NCBI GenBank assembly: GCA_013360395.1
Contig: JABWBQ010000002.1
Span: 16,703-80,702 of the forward strand
DNA length: 64,000 nt
Source: Flavobacteriales bacterium
GTDB taxonomy: Bacteria > Bacteroidota > Bacteroidia > Flavobacteriales_F > PHOS-HE28
Direction: 5' to 3'
The position numbers and the translations under genes are program-made. The notes under the pieces are model-generated. The model did not search any database. It was given only the letters and a program-made list of their open reading frames with translations, and was not told the origin of the DNA. Positions within the stretch are counted from its first letter, which is position 1. Every line of letters starts with the position of its first letter. Below, in pieces: positions 25,807 to 35,575 of this stretch.

Positions 25807-26242
25807 GACCATGCTGAGCCTGACGTGCAAGGCCGCCATCAAGGCCGTGACCTTCCTGGGGTCGCGGCTCGCCTCCGGCGAACGCTCGAGCCTGAAGGAG
25901 GTGGCAGCGTTCATCGACGAGAACGAGCACACCGTGGGCAAGCTGCTGCAACGGCTGGTGAAGGCCGGGGCCATCAAGAGCGCCAAGGGACCCAACGGCG
26001 GCTTCTACATGACGCCCCGCCAGGTGGAACAGCGGGTGATGCGCATCGTGGAGGCGATCGACGGCAAGGCGGTCTTCCAGGAGTGCGGCCTGGGCTTGCG
26101 CCGGTGCAGCGATGCGCGTCCGTGCCCCTTCCATGAACGCTACAAGCCCATCCGCGACCAGTTCCGGCAGCTGTGCGAGCACCAGCGTGTGAAGGACCTG
26201 TATGAAGAGGTCAACAGCGGGTCGGCGTACCTGGTGGGTTGA
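25796..26242 (+). CDS. Rrf2 family transcriptional regulator (NsrR/IscR-like, 3-Cys cluster-binding)
   Basis: N-terminal wHTH (...AIKAVTFLGSR...SLKEVAAFIDENEHTVGKLLQRLVKAGAIKSAKGPNGGF). Cys triad C-x7-C-x5-C (CGLGLRRCSDARPC). Confidence 0.75.
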   Translation: MADRTMLSLTCKAAIKAVTFLGSRLASGERSSLKEVAAFIDENEHTVGKLLQRLVKAGAIKSAKGPNGGFYMTPRQVEQRVMRIVEAIDGKAVFQECGLGLRRCSDARPCPFHERYKPIRDQFRQLCEHQRVKDLYEEVNSGSAYLVG

Positions 26243-26408
26243 AGGCGGCGCGGCACCGCATGTGGCCGGGTGCGAGGTGCGACGGCCCGGATCGCGCGGT
26301 GGCCGTCACCCTGGCCGCCTCCCTGACGACGGAGACCCTGGAGCCAGGGAGTGATCCGGCCAGAACCGGGAATGCTCCCGTATGTTTGAGGAAAGCAAAT
26401 GACCGACC

Positions 26409-27482
26409 ATGCCCCGTTTGCACACCACGCTGTCCACCGCGCTGTTGACCGCCCTTTTGCCCGCCGCGACGTGCGCACAGTTCGATTGCGGTACCGGCGT
26501 CTTCTACGGCCTGGGCTCGGATGGCAACGTCCACACGCTCATCATGTCCGGCGGCACCATCGCCCTGGGCCCGATCGTGAACAGTCAGGGCACCGGGCTC
26601 TTCGGCCTCGCCATGGCCGACTTCGGAGACGGGCTCACCCTTTATTCCGCAGCGAATCCCGGGGAAGTGAAGAAGCTCAATGGCGGGACATGGCAGACGG
26701 TGCAGACCGACACGCTTTACCGCATCAACGCCGGTGGGCGCGGCGATCACGTGTACTATCAGGTGGGCCGGCTGTTCAATCCCAACCCGTTGTTCCCCAA
26801 CCGCATCGAGCATTTCGACGGGACCGCCACCACCACCGTCTGGGACGACCAGACGGTTTACCAACCGGTGGCCGACGTGGCCGTGGACGGCGATGGCAAC
26901 GCCTACTTCTTCACCGGCCCCACCGCCTTCGATGTCACGGCCCTGAACGTGATGTCGCCCGCCGGCGTGGTACTGAGCACGATCCCCGTCGCCTTCGACG
27001 GGTTCAACGCCTTCGGCAGCTTCCTCATGGACGACAAGCTCTACGTCGGCTTCGGTGCGTCCAGCAACAACTGGCCCAACCAGCTCCTGCCCATCACCAT
27101 CAGCGGGAACAGCGCCACCCTCGGCACGCCCATCGACCTTCCCGTACCGGTGATCGGCATCGGACCCAATGGCCCGGTCTATCTCAGTTTCACGGACCTG
27201 GAGAGCTGTGCGGCCGAGACCATCGACCTCGCGACCGGTCTTCAGGCCATGGCATCACCGATGCCGGTACAAGTGATCACGGAGAACGGCGCGATACTCG
27301 TTGCGAGCGATCAGCGGCCCACCTGGATCCTAGTGACCGATGCCCTGGGCCGACGTATCCATGCGGAAGCACATCCCGACAACCGCACCCGGATCCCCAC
27401 GGCCGGCTGGCTGGATGGCCTCTACATCGTGGTGACGGAAGTGGCGGGGCAACGTTTCGTGGAGCGGATGGTGGTGCGGTGA
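26409..27482 (+). CDS. secreted hypothetical protein with T9SS-CTD-like C-terminus
   Basis: Signal peptide MPRLHTTLSTALLTALLPAATCAQ. C-terminal ...ILVTDALGRRIH....GLYIVVTEVAGQRFVERMVVR. Confidence 0.5.
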   Translation: MPRLHTTLSTALLTALLPAATCAQFDCGTGVFYGLGSDGNVHTLIMSGGTIALGPIVNSQGTGLFGLAMADFGDGLTLYSAANPGEVKKLNGGTWQTVQTDTLYRINAGGRGDHVYYQVGRLFNPNPLFPNRIEHFDGTATTTVWDDQTVYQPVADVAVDGDGNAYFFTGPTAFDVTALNVMSPAGVVLSTIPVAFDGFNAFGSFLMDDKLYVGFGASSNNWPNQLLPITISGNSATLGTPIDLPVPVIGIGPNGPVYLSFTDLESCAAETIDLATGLQAMASPMPVQVITENGAILVASDQRPTWILVTDALGRRIHAEAHPDNRTRIPTAGWLDGLYIVVTEVAGQRFVERMVVR

Positions 27483-27529
27483 GGGCGGGTCTCGCTCACA
27501 TGGATGGCCCACGGATCCGATCGCAGGGA

Positions 27530-28042
27530 TCAGGGCATCGGTAGTCTCACCTCCGAAAGGCCGAGCGCCATGAGATGATCCAATAACGGCATGGCAGGCC
27601 CGCCCCCGCGTTGTGCGTGATGCAGCAGCGTAAGCCCATGCGGTCCCTTCGAGCGTAGCAGGTTCGGGAAGGCTGCGAGCAGCGCCTTCACTTCCACCGT
27701 GCGGCCGAGCATGGTGAGGACAAAGATGTTCGCCCGCGCGCCTTGACCGATCAGGTATTCCGCGACCGCACGGTCACCCACATGGCCGGCGCCTTCCAGT
27801 GCTGTTTCGAAATCGCCACCGCCCCAGTCGTGGGAGGTATTCAACAAACCGGGGTGTTCCTTCAGCAGGCGCTGTACCGTATCCAGTTCACCATGGCCCG
27901 CTCGGACGAACTCCTGCACCAGGTCGAGCGGTAACCGCGGTGGCTTGGCCTCGCCCGTAAGTTGTCGTTGCGCACGGAAGGATGCGAGGCCGAGCATGGG
28001 AAGTCCAAGGGCGATGGTGGAAAGGAAGTGGCGGCGGTGCAT
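27530..28042 (-). CDS. ankyrin-repeat protein with Tat-type signal
   Basis: MHRRHFLSTIALGLPMLGLAS (RRxFL). Ankyrin-like ...GHGELDTVQRLLKEHPGLLN...ALEGAGHVGDRAVAEYLIGQGA... Confidence 0.6.
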   Translation of the reverse strand: MHRRHFLSTIALGLPMLGLASFRAQRQLTGEAKPPRLPLDLVQEFVRAGHGELDTVQRLLKEHPGLLNTSHDWGGGDFETALEGAGHVGDRAVAEYLIGQGARANIFVLTMLGRTVEVKALLAAFPNLLRSKGPHGLTLLHHAQRGGGPAMPLLDHLMALGLSEVRLPMP

Positions 28043-28044
28043 GC

Positions 28045-28240
28045 TACTGGGATTATTCGTGCCTCAACGCCCTTACCGGATCGGTCTGCGCCGCCCTGGT
28101 CGCCCGGAAGCTCACGGTGAAGGTGGCGATCAACAGCACGACCAGTCCCGCGCCGGGGAATACCAGCGGCTCGATGGTGGTGCGGAAGGCGAAGTTCTCC
28201 AGCCAGCGGCCCACGCCGAACCAGGCCAAGGGTCTCGACC
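28045..28240 (-). pseudogene. orphan 3' fragment of an FtsX-family permease gene (~190 bp, ~90% identical to the 3' end of 36608-39016)
   Basis: Encodes ...NFAFRTTIEPLVFPGAGLVVLLIATFTVSFRATRAAQTDPVRALRHE*, matching ...NFAFRTTIEPLVFLGAGLVVLLIATFTVSFRAIRAAQTDPVRALRCE* of the intact gene. No 5' part is present. Confidence 0.75.
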
Positions 28241-28536
28241 TCGGCATCCTCGTTGTTCCCGGAATGGCTGTGCCATTGTTGATCGTCCGGCCATGGAGTA
28301 TGTGGATTCCTATGCTCGAAGATCGGGTGCGTGACCACCGCGTCCAGTTCAGCAGTGACCGAACATCCCGCAGTGGGCTGTCCACGCTGCTCGCGACTAC
28401 GACCGCTGTCTGTTCAATGTTCATCCTTGGGGGTGGACCTGAAAGGAGGGCGCACTACCCGCATTGTGACCAACGGTTGCGAATGGCGCGGAACGGGCAG
28501 TGCCTCCGGGACGGACGGGGATAGTTTTGGGAAACC

Positions 28537-29463
28537 ATGCGATGCCCCTATTGCGAGAGCACGAAGTCACTACTTGTGGGCCATGTCTTTTGTTCCCGGC
28601 ATGCCCATGCGGACATGAATGCATTGCGCAGCGGGACGCTTTACATCAAAACGAAAAGGCTCGAGGAAACGGCCGACCATGTTTCGCGGCTTTCCATCCG
28701 CTTGATGCTCAATGGTCGTCAATGGTACAAGGTGGATGGTGGTGATCGGCTGGTCCATCGGGACAATTTCCTGGTGATCGATCAGGGCCAGCACTACCGT
28801 ACCGCATTCAGTGGGGAGCGGGACCTGGAAATGCTCATGGTCGGTTTCCGGCCCGGATCGGCGCAGGAGGTGGCTCGAAGCCTGACCCTGGGACATGAAC
28901 AACTGCTTGACGAGCCTTGTCGGGATACGGAGGGGCCCGTGTTCGCCGCGCAGACATATACCATGGATCCCGTGATCCGCGCACTATTCTCCCAGCTCCA
29001 CGTCTTGGTTCAAACCGGGGTGGAAGACCACGCGAGCGACGATATCGAAGTGATCCATGATCGTTTGATGGAAAGGTTGATCGGGTTGCAGTCCGGTGTC
29101 CGCTTGAACATGGAACGCTTGGACCTGGTGCGACGCGCCACGCGCGTGGAGATCTGGAAACGCCTGACCATTGCACGGGAATACGCGGAAGCTCACCACG
29201 CGCATGCACTCTCCGTTGCCGACCTTGCCCGGGTGGCCTGCCTCTCTCCGCACCACTTCAAGCGGTTGTTCCGCGAAGTGTACGGGGTGCCACCGCACCG
29301 ATTCCTGCGCCAGGTGCGGTTGATGCACGCCCGCCACCTGTTGTCCGATGGTGACCGACCGGTACATGAAGTGGCCCTGGCCGTTGGGTTCAAGGATGCG
29401 AGCGCGTTCAGCCGGGTCTACCGGCAGGTCATGGGTCGAGCCCCGAGGGACGAGGAGCACTAA
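28537..29463 (+). CDS. AraC family transcriptional regulator
   Basis: C-terminal double HTH (...LSVADLARVACLSPHHFKRLFREVYGVPPHRFLRQVRLMHARHLL...VGFKDASAFSRVYRQVMG). Cupin-like N-terminal half. Confidence 0.8.
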   Translation: MRCPYCESTKSLLVGHVFCSRHAHADMNALRSGTLYIKTKRLEETADHVSRLSIRLMLNGRQWYKVDGGDRLVHRDNFLVIDQGQHYRTAFSGERDLEMLMVGFRPGSAQEVARSLTLGHEQLLDEPCRDTEGPVFAAQTYTMDPVIRALFSQLHVLVQTGVEDHASDDIEVIHDRLMERLIGLQSGVRLNMERLDLVRRATRVEIWKRLTIAREYAEAHHAHALSVADLARVACLSPHHFKRLFREVYGVPPHRFLRQVRLMHARHLLSDGDRPVHEVALAVGFKDASAFSRVYRQVMGRAPRDEEH

Positions 29464-29501
29464 GGAACGCACTTCTGAAAATAGCCCGTTCCGCACATGG
29501 G

Positions 29502-30590
29502 ATGAATGCGTCGGCGACAAACCTTGCCAAGGTCCACATCCCGTTCCCATTCGGGGTGGTAACACAGGCCATGATCCCCTTCCGCACGACCCTTGCCCTT
29601 TGCTTCGGTTGCCTTCCTTTCACCGATCAGGCACAAGTCCTAACCGCACTTGATGTTCTTCCCCTGCTTGGGGATACTTTCCGCTACTACGGCGTGGAGG
29701 ACGATGAACTCTTCGATCCGGGGGAAGCTGGTTCCGGCGTGGTCTGGGACCATGAAGATCTGGTGGTCGAATTGGGGAGCTATACGCAGATCCGGCCGAT
29801 CGAACCCTCGACCGCACCCGGCATATCGACCTATCCAGCCAGCGACCTGGTGCTCGAGCGCACCATCAGTATGACGGCCGACCTGGAAAGGACCTACTTC
29901 GACCTCGACACCACGGGTTTGCGCGAGCTGGGTTCCACCGGCGATCCGTTGAGCTACGTGTTCGATGTGCCTGAGCGGGTGCAACCGATCCCGATGGTGT
30001 TCGACTCGGTATACACTGGATCGTACTGTCACAATTCCAGCGGTTTTGGCCCGTCGTACCATACCTGCGGTGAGACTTCCCATGTACTCGACGGCATCGG
30101 CACGCTGATCATGCCGTACGGTACCTTCAACGGTGTGCGGCGGACCACCTACTACAGGTATCATGTCAACGACGACTCACCGACGGATACCTCCCATGTC
30201 ACCTATCACCGTTGGTGGATCCCCGGGCTACGGCGCCCTGTTCTGGAGCTTTCCCGGTTCACAGGATCGAACGGTGTGGTGCTCTCCAACGCCAGGACCC
30301 TGACGCCATCCAGTGTATTGGGCGTTCCGGAGCTCGGAGCGAGGATGATCAGTGTGAGCCCCAACCCATTTGTGGACCGGGTCGAGGTGGTCCTGGCGGA
30401 ACCCATCCGGAAGGAGGGTACGGTCCGTGTTCTCGCCGCCGATGGTCGCGGCCTATATGACGGGAGGATCACGACCGGTACTTCACGGATCCTTGTGGAC
30501 CTGGGCAACCTTCCTTGCGGAATGCTCCTGATGGAGCTTGAACTGGACAGTGGCCGCAGGACATACAAACTGATACATCAGCAACAATGA
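29502..30590 (+). CDS. secreted hypothetical protein with T9SS C-terminal sorting domain
   Basis: Internal signal peptide MIPFRTTLALCFGCLPFTDQAQ. CTD ...ISVSPNPFVDRVEVVL....GLYDGRI.... Confidence 0.55.
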   Translation: MNASATNLAKVHIPFPFGVVTQAMIPFRTTLALCFGCLPFTDQAQVLTALDVLPLLGDTFRYYGVEDDELFDPGEAGSGVVWDHEDLVVELGSYTQIRPIEPSTAPGISTYPASDLVLERTISMTADLERTYFDLDTTGLRELGSTGDPLSYVFDVPERVQPIPMVFDSVYTGSYCHNSSGFGPSYHTCGETSHVLDGIGTLIMPYGTFNGVRRTTYYRYHVNDDSPTDTSHVTYHRWWIPGLRRPVLELSRFTGSNGVVLSNARTLTPSSVLGVPELGARMISVSPNPFVDRVEVVLAEPIRKEGTVRVLAADGRGLYDGRITTGTSRILVDLGNLPCGMLLMELELDSGRRTYKLIHQQQ

Positions 30591-31930
30591 TCAATTCAAG
30601 GATCCCCTGTCGGTTCACGGTCGTCGCTTGGGCGATGGTCCTTAACACATTCATGGCGTGTGCTCAGGAGCAACTTCCCCGGCGTGTCTTTCTTGGGGTC
30701 CGCATGGAGAACGTCACCGATGACATGCGGCGGATCATGGGCGTGGGTGACTGGCCGGCCGTGCTGCTGAGCGAAATACTACCGGGTGGATCCGCGGAAA
30801 AGACGGGCTGGCGGAAAGGGGACCTGCTGACGACCCTGAACGGGATCCAAGTAGGGACCACGGTGGAGGTCATCGCGGAACTGGCGAACCATCAGTCGGG
30901 CAGCTCCATCACCTACCGCATACTGCGCGACAAGAAACCGGTGACCGGCAAACTGAAGTTGATCGCTTGGCCCGGGGAGAGCTACCCCGACCTCAGCGTG
31001 GAGTACACCACACATCGGACCGTCAATGGGCTGCAACGTGCCATCCTGACGCAGCAGCGGAAGAAGGGATCCGGGCGGCTCCCGTTAGTGGTCTTCATCG
31101 GTGGCATCGGCTGCTATGCCCTCGACTCGCCTCTGGATACCGCACGCAGTGAAACTCAACTGTTGAACGGATTGAGCCGGAAAGGCTTTGCCTGTGCGCG
31201 GCTGGAGAAACCGGGAATGGGGGATGCCGCACGCAGCAGCACGGGGTGTGGCGAGGTGAGCTTCATGAACGAGATGACGGGCTATGCGGAAATGATCCGG
31301 CAATTGAAGCAACGCCCAGACATCGACAGCTCGGACGTGACCATCATCGGCCACAGCATGGGGGGCGTGTTCGCGCCGATGATCGCGCAGCGCACCCCGG
31401 TCCAACGGATCATCGCCTACGGCACGATCGGGAGCAGTTTCGTGGAGTATCTGGCCAAAACACGCCGCACCATCGCAGAAGCATACGGTTGGGACGCAGC
31501 ACGCACGGACGCGTTCATCAAGGACTTTTGCGAGTGCGCCGTGTGGTACTTCGCGGACAAGCTCACCACGGCACAGGCGGCCGAGAAAAAGCCGGCCTGC
31601 GGGGAGTATGTGGGCATCTTCGACCTGCGCTCGCGAGCATACAATGAAGAGCTCTATGCCTTGAACATCCCCACGGCATGGCAGGATTTCAAAGGACGCG
31701 CGCTCCTGCTGTGGGGCAAGGCCGATTATATCGCTGCGCGGCATGACCATGAGATCCTGCGCGACATGATCCAACGGGCGAACCCCGGATCCGTCACGTT
31801 CAAGGAGATCCCTGACGCGGACCATGGCATGAACCAGGCCAACGACTTCCAAGCTGCGGTGGCGGGCAGCGGACCCTACCAGCCGGGCGTCGGGCGCGTG
31901 GTCGCGGATTGGTTGAGCACGGGACCATGA
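30587..31930 (+). CDS. PDZ domain-containing alpha/beta hydrolase
   Basis: PDZ-like segment (..VLLSEILPGGSAEKTGWRKGDLLTTLNGIQV..). Nucleophile elbow GHSMGG with downstream Asp/His candidates. Confidence 0.65.
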   Translation: MINSRIPCRFTVVAWAMVLNTFMACAQEQLPRRVFLGVRMENVTDDMRRIMGVGDWPAVLLSEILPGGSAEKTGWRKGDLLTTLNGIQVGTTVEVIAELANHQSGSSITYRILRDKKPVTGKLKLIAWPGESYPDLSVEYTTHRTVNGLQRAILTQQRKKGSGRLPLVVFIGGIGCYALDSPLDTARSETQLLNGLSRKGFACARLEKPGMGDAARSSTGCGEVSFMNEMTGYAEMIRQLKQRPDIDSSDVTIIGHSMGGVFAPMIAQRTPVQRIIAYGTIGSSFVEYLAKTRRTIAEAYGWDAARTDAFIKDFCECAVWYFADKLTTAQAAEKKPACGEYVGIFDLRSRAYNEELYALNIPTAWQDFKGRALLLWGKADYIAARHDHEILRDMIQRANPGSVTFKEIPDADHGMNQANDFQAAVAGSGPYQPGVGRVVADWLSTGP

Positions 31931-33246
31931 TCGCATCTGCGACATACCGGTTACCGGTGATCGCCTCGGCCCTGCTGATCTCCGGAACATGCACAGCGCA
32001 ACATCCTTCCGTCCAGGATGTCCTGAGCGCGTTCACGGCGGGCTATGCGGAACTGGATCCGGAGCCGTTCTCCCTGGACTTCCGCGAACGACTGGCGGCC
32101 GTGCCTTCCGAGGAGGTGCTGGCTCGACAAGCGGCCTTCTTCCAGGATCAACGTCAGCGTCTGACGAACGTCGACACGACCCGTGCTTCAGCGGATCAGG
32201 TGTTGTTGCTGGACCTTGCCCTGTACGAGGTGAACTACCAAACGGACCGGATCGCACTGGAGCGTCGTTGGATCCAGGCTGGACGCCCGATGCCGACGCC
32301 CAGTGTCCATACCCTTCCGGATCATGAGGCCTGGTACGACCTGCTGGTACGGCGGTTCACGGGCTATGAGCGCACACCTGCCGACCTGATGGCCTTCGGC
32401 GAAGCAGAGGTGGCGCGTTGCCACCAGGAGATCCGACGGCTTCGGGACGAACGAGCGGGCCGGGTGGACGCCGAGGCCTGGATCACGGACAAGGCCGAAC
32501 TGCTGCGCCGGTTCGCGGTGATCGACAGCACGGTGCGGGCGCACCTGATCGGGTTCGTTGCCGCAGTGGACGTTCCGGTCGTACAGGCGATGGAATGGCC
32601 GGACGCCGGTCCATACACGCCGCCCGGGATCTACTTGTCCAAGGATGACAATGCTTACGGTACTGCCGTTTTCCTGTTCAACTTCTTTGAGCAACGGTTC
32701 GATGCACGGGCCTTGGACTGGATCTACCTGCATGAAGCCATACCCGGCCACCATCTGCAATGGAGTTTGCGGCATACCCGCCCGGCTGAGGACCTTCGCG
32801 CACACCTGCTCTACCCCGGCAACTTCGAAGGATGGGCTTGCTATGTGGAGTACCAAGGCAGGGCGCTCGGTCTGTACACCGACCCCTTGCAGGAACTCGG
32901 CAAGTGGGAATGGGACCTGGTGCGTTCGGTGCGGGTGGTGCTCGATGCCGGCATTCACGGTCTTGGATGGTCGCGGGAGCAGGCCCTGGCCTACTGGGAG
33001 AAGCACATTCCAGGCAAGCCCGCCCTGGCCGATCGCGAGGTGACGCGGGTGACCAACTGGCCCGCCCAGGCCTTGAGCTACAAGGTGGGCGCCGACGGCA
33101 TCCAGCGGCTGCGTGACCGCCTCGCGGAAGCGCACGGCCCACGGTTCAATGCGGCCCGCTTCCATCGCGCCTTCCTGGACCTGGGCATGGTGCCGCTGCC
33201 CATCGCGGAGGATCAATTGGCACAACGATTAACCTGCGCACCATGA
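31909..33246 (+). CDS. DUF885 family protein
   Basis: LHEAIPGHHLQ (the HExxPGHH motif diagnostic of DUF885) plus the family's C-terminal helical region. Confidence 0.75.
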   Translation: MVEHGTMIASATYRLPVIASALLISGTCTAQHPSVQDVLSAFTAGYAELDPEPFSLDFRERLAAVPSEEVLARQAAFFQDQRQRLTNVDTTRASADQVLLLDLALYEVNYQTDRIALERRWIQAGRPMPTPSVHTLPDHEAWYDLLVRRFTGYERTPADLMAFGEAEVARCHQEIRRLRDERAGRVDAEAWITDKAELLRRFAVIDSTVRAHLIGFVAAVDVPVVQAMEWPDAGPYTPPGIYLSKDDNAYGTAVFLFNFFEQRFDARALDWIYLHEAIPGHHLQWSLRHTRPAEDLRAHLLYPGNFEGWACYVEYQGRALGLYTDPLQELGKWEWDLVRSVRVVLDAGIHGLGWSREQALAYWEKHIPGKPALADREVTRVTNWPAQALSYKVGADGIQRLRDRLAEAHGPRFNAARFHRAFLDLGMVPLPIAEDQLAQRLTCAP

Positions 33247-34661
33247 GGAATCTGATCCTGCCATTCACCGCGACCTGCCTGTGCTCCCTGTCCCAGGCGC
33301 AGGCACCGAGCATCGATTCCTTGATGCAGGTGATCGTGGAACGCACCGAGTTCAGCGGTACCGTGCTGGTGGCCGACCAGGGCGAGATCCTTTACCACGA
33401 AGCCTTCGGTCTTGCGAACCGCGAGTGGAACGTGCCCAACACGACCGATTCCCGCTACAAGCTTGCGTCGCTCGGGAAACAGTTCACGGCCTTGCTCATT
33501 CTTCAACTCGCGGATGAGGGCAAACTGTCCATCGATGATCCGCTGGTGAAATACATCCCGGAGTACAAGGTGAAGAACGCGGACCGGATCCTGCTCCGCC
33601 ATGTGTTGTCGCACTCATCGGGGATCCCGAACTACCATGCGATCCCGGATTTTGACAGTACGGTCGCCAAACTACCCCGTACACTTGAGGAGTTCGTAGG
33701 GCTCTTTCTCGAGTTACCTCTTCTCTTCGAGCCCGGCAGCGCCACGCAATACTCGAACCTGGGCTACTCCGAGCTGGCGTTGGTGGCGCAGCGCGTGGAC
33801 GGACGATCCTTCAGCGAACAACTGCGCGCAAGGATCTTCTCGCCGGCGGGCATGGTGGACTCCTTCACGGAGGACGATCTCCGCGTGAAACCCCACATGG
33901 CGAACGGGTACGTGAACACATGGACCGGCTACGATCGGGAAGTCTATCGCGACCCTTCATCCGTGATCGGCTCGGGCAATGTGGTCAGCACCACCATGGA
34001 CCTCTTGCGTTACGACCGGGCCCTCCGCAGCGGCAAACTGCTCTCTGAACAAGGGCGACGCGCATGGACCACGATGGTGCGGGGGGATTTCGGCCTGGGC
34101 TGGATGATCATGCGTTATCCCGTTCCCGGGAAGGACAGTGTGACCGTGGCCTTCCACGATGGCGGGAACAGGGGCTACACTACGGTGATGTACCGCTTCC
34201 TGGAGAACGACCGCTGCATCATCGTGCTGTCGAACTCAAGCCAGTACGACGTGTACGGTGTGGCCGGCCGCATCGCGCGCATCCTGCATGGTCGGAAGGT
34301 GCCATACGTCCGGTGGCCGCTCGTGGCCGCGTTCGCACGGGTACTGGAGAAGCAAGGCCCCGAGCAGGCCCGTACGTTCTTCCGGGAGCACCGCAACGAC
34401 CCGGAGTATCTTTTGGACGGCGAAGCCGCCAACTCCCTGGGCTACCAACTGATGGGCAAAGGCCGGTTGGATGACGCTGTTTGTGTGTTCGAGTTGAACG
34501 TTGAGGCCTTTTCGGAGGTGGCCAATGCCTACGACAGTCTCGCAGAAGGCTATATGAAGCAGGGGCGGCGCCAACTGGCGATCAATAACTATGAACGGTC
34601 CTTGGAATTGGACCCGAACAACAGCAACGCCAAGGTGATGCTCGAAAAACTGCGCGGATAA
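33243..34661 (+). CDS. serine hydrolase of the beta-lactamase/PBP family with C-terminal TPR repeats
   Basis: SxxK motif in ASLGKQFTA and a class-C-like YxN region. The C-terminal ~110 aa are TPR-like (..AYDSLAEGYMKQGRRQLAINNYERSLELDPNNSNA..). Confidence 0.7.
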   Translation: MRNLILPFTATCLCSLSQAQAPSIDSLMQVIVERTEFSGTVLVADQGEILYHEAFGLANREWNVPNTTDSRYKLASLGKQFTALLILQLADEGKLSIDDPLVKYIPEYKVKNADRILLRHVLSHSSGIPNYHAIPDFDSTVAKLPRTLEEFVGLFLELPLLFEPGSATQYSNLGYSELALVAQRVDGRSFSEQLRARIFSPAGMVDSFTEDDLRVKPHMANGYVNTWTGYDREVYRDPSSVIGSGNVVSTTMDLLRYDRALRSGKLLSEQGRRAWTTMVRGDFGLGWMIMRYPVPGKDSVTVAFHDGGNRGYTTVMYRFLENDRCIIVLSNSSQYDVYGVAGRIARILHGRKVPYVRWPLVAAFARVLEKQGPEQARTFFREHRNDPEYLLDGEAANSLGYQLMGKGRLDDAVCVFELNVEAFSEVANAYDSLAEGYMKQGRRQLAINNYERSLELDPNNSNAKVMLEKLRG

Positions 34662-35569
34662 TGATGGATCCCATGGTGCGACCAAGCAATCTCCTACCGG
34701 TGCTCCTACTGTGCGGCATGGGCCTGCACGCACAGACCACACCGATCGCTGAGGCTCGGCAGATCACCCGATCCTTCAACTTCGACATGACCCCTTCGCC
34801 GGACGACCGGCATTTGCTGATGGTGACCATTGTGGCCGGGCACGCCCAGATCTTCGTGGGCGCTGCGGACGGCTCACGCTGGGAGCAGGTCACCACCGGT
34901 GCCTACGACCACGAGGATCCCGCCTGGTCGCCCGATGCGGCCCACATTGCCTACGTCCGAACCGATGGGACCACGCGGGTGGTGCATGTCATGGACCGCT
35001 CCGGTGGGAACGACCGCGCCGTGACCCCCCCGCAGGTGCGGGCCATACATCCGAGTTGGACCCCGGACGGAACGGCCATCCTGTTCAGCACCGACGATGA
35101 CCTGCGCCCACCGGCGAAGAACGAATCGGAGATCTACAAATTGCAACTTTCCACCGGTGGCCTCGACACCTTGGTGACCGGGGGGGTGAACACCTTTCCC
35201 GTGCTCTCGCCCGATGGACGGCAATTGGCTTATCGGAAGATCATCGGGGAGATGAACTCCGAGGTCTTCCTGGCCGACCCGGACGGCTCGCGACCACGGA
35301 ACATCACCGACCATCCGGCCTATGAAGGCTGGCCGTCCTGGTCGCCTGATGGCAAGCTGTTGGCCTTCGCGGGCAATCGCAACGGCAAGGACTATCAGAT
35401 CTTCCTACTGCGGCTCGCGGATGGTCACATGGACCTCCTGGCCGATACGCACGGGCGCGCCACCTCGCCCAAATGGGCCCCGGACGGGCGTTCCATCTAC
35501 TTCACCAACTGCCTGCCGCCGGAGAACGGGGGTGGTTGTGAGATCATGTTCGTCATGCTCAATCCTTGA
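34661..35569 (+). CDS. TolB-like PD40 beta-propeller protein
   Basis: Repeated ..PSWSPDG / PAWSPDA / LSPDGRQLAY WD40-like (PD40) motifs. N-terminal signal peptide. Confidence 0.7.
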   Translation: MMDPMVRPSNLLPVLLLCGMGLHAQTTPIAEARQITRSFNFDMTPSPDDRHLLMVTIVAGHAQIFVGAADGSRWEQVTTGAYDHEDPAWSPDAAHIAYVRTDGTTRVVHVMDRSGGNDRAVTPPQVRAIHPSWTPDGTAILFSTDDDLRPPAKNESEIYKLQLSTGGLDTLVTGGVNTFPVLSPDGRQLAYRKIIGEMNSEVFLADPDGSRPRNITDHPAYEGWPSWSPDGKLLAFAGNRNGKDYQIFLLRLADGHMDLLADTHGRATSPKWAPDGRSIYFTNCLPPENGGGCEIMFVMLNP

Positions 35570-35575
35570 TCGCCC

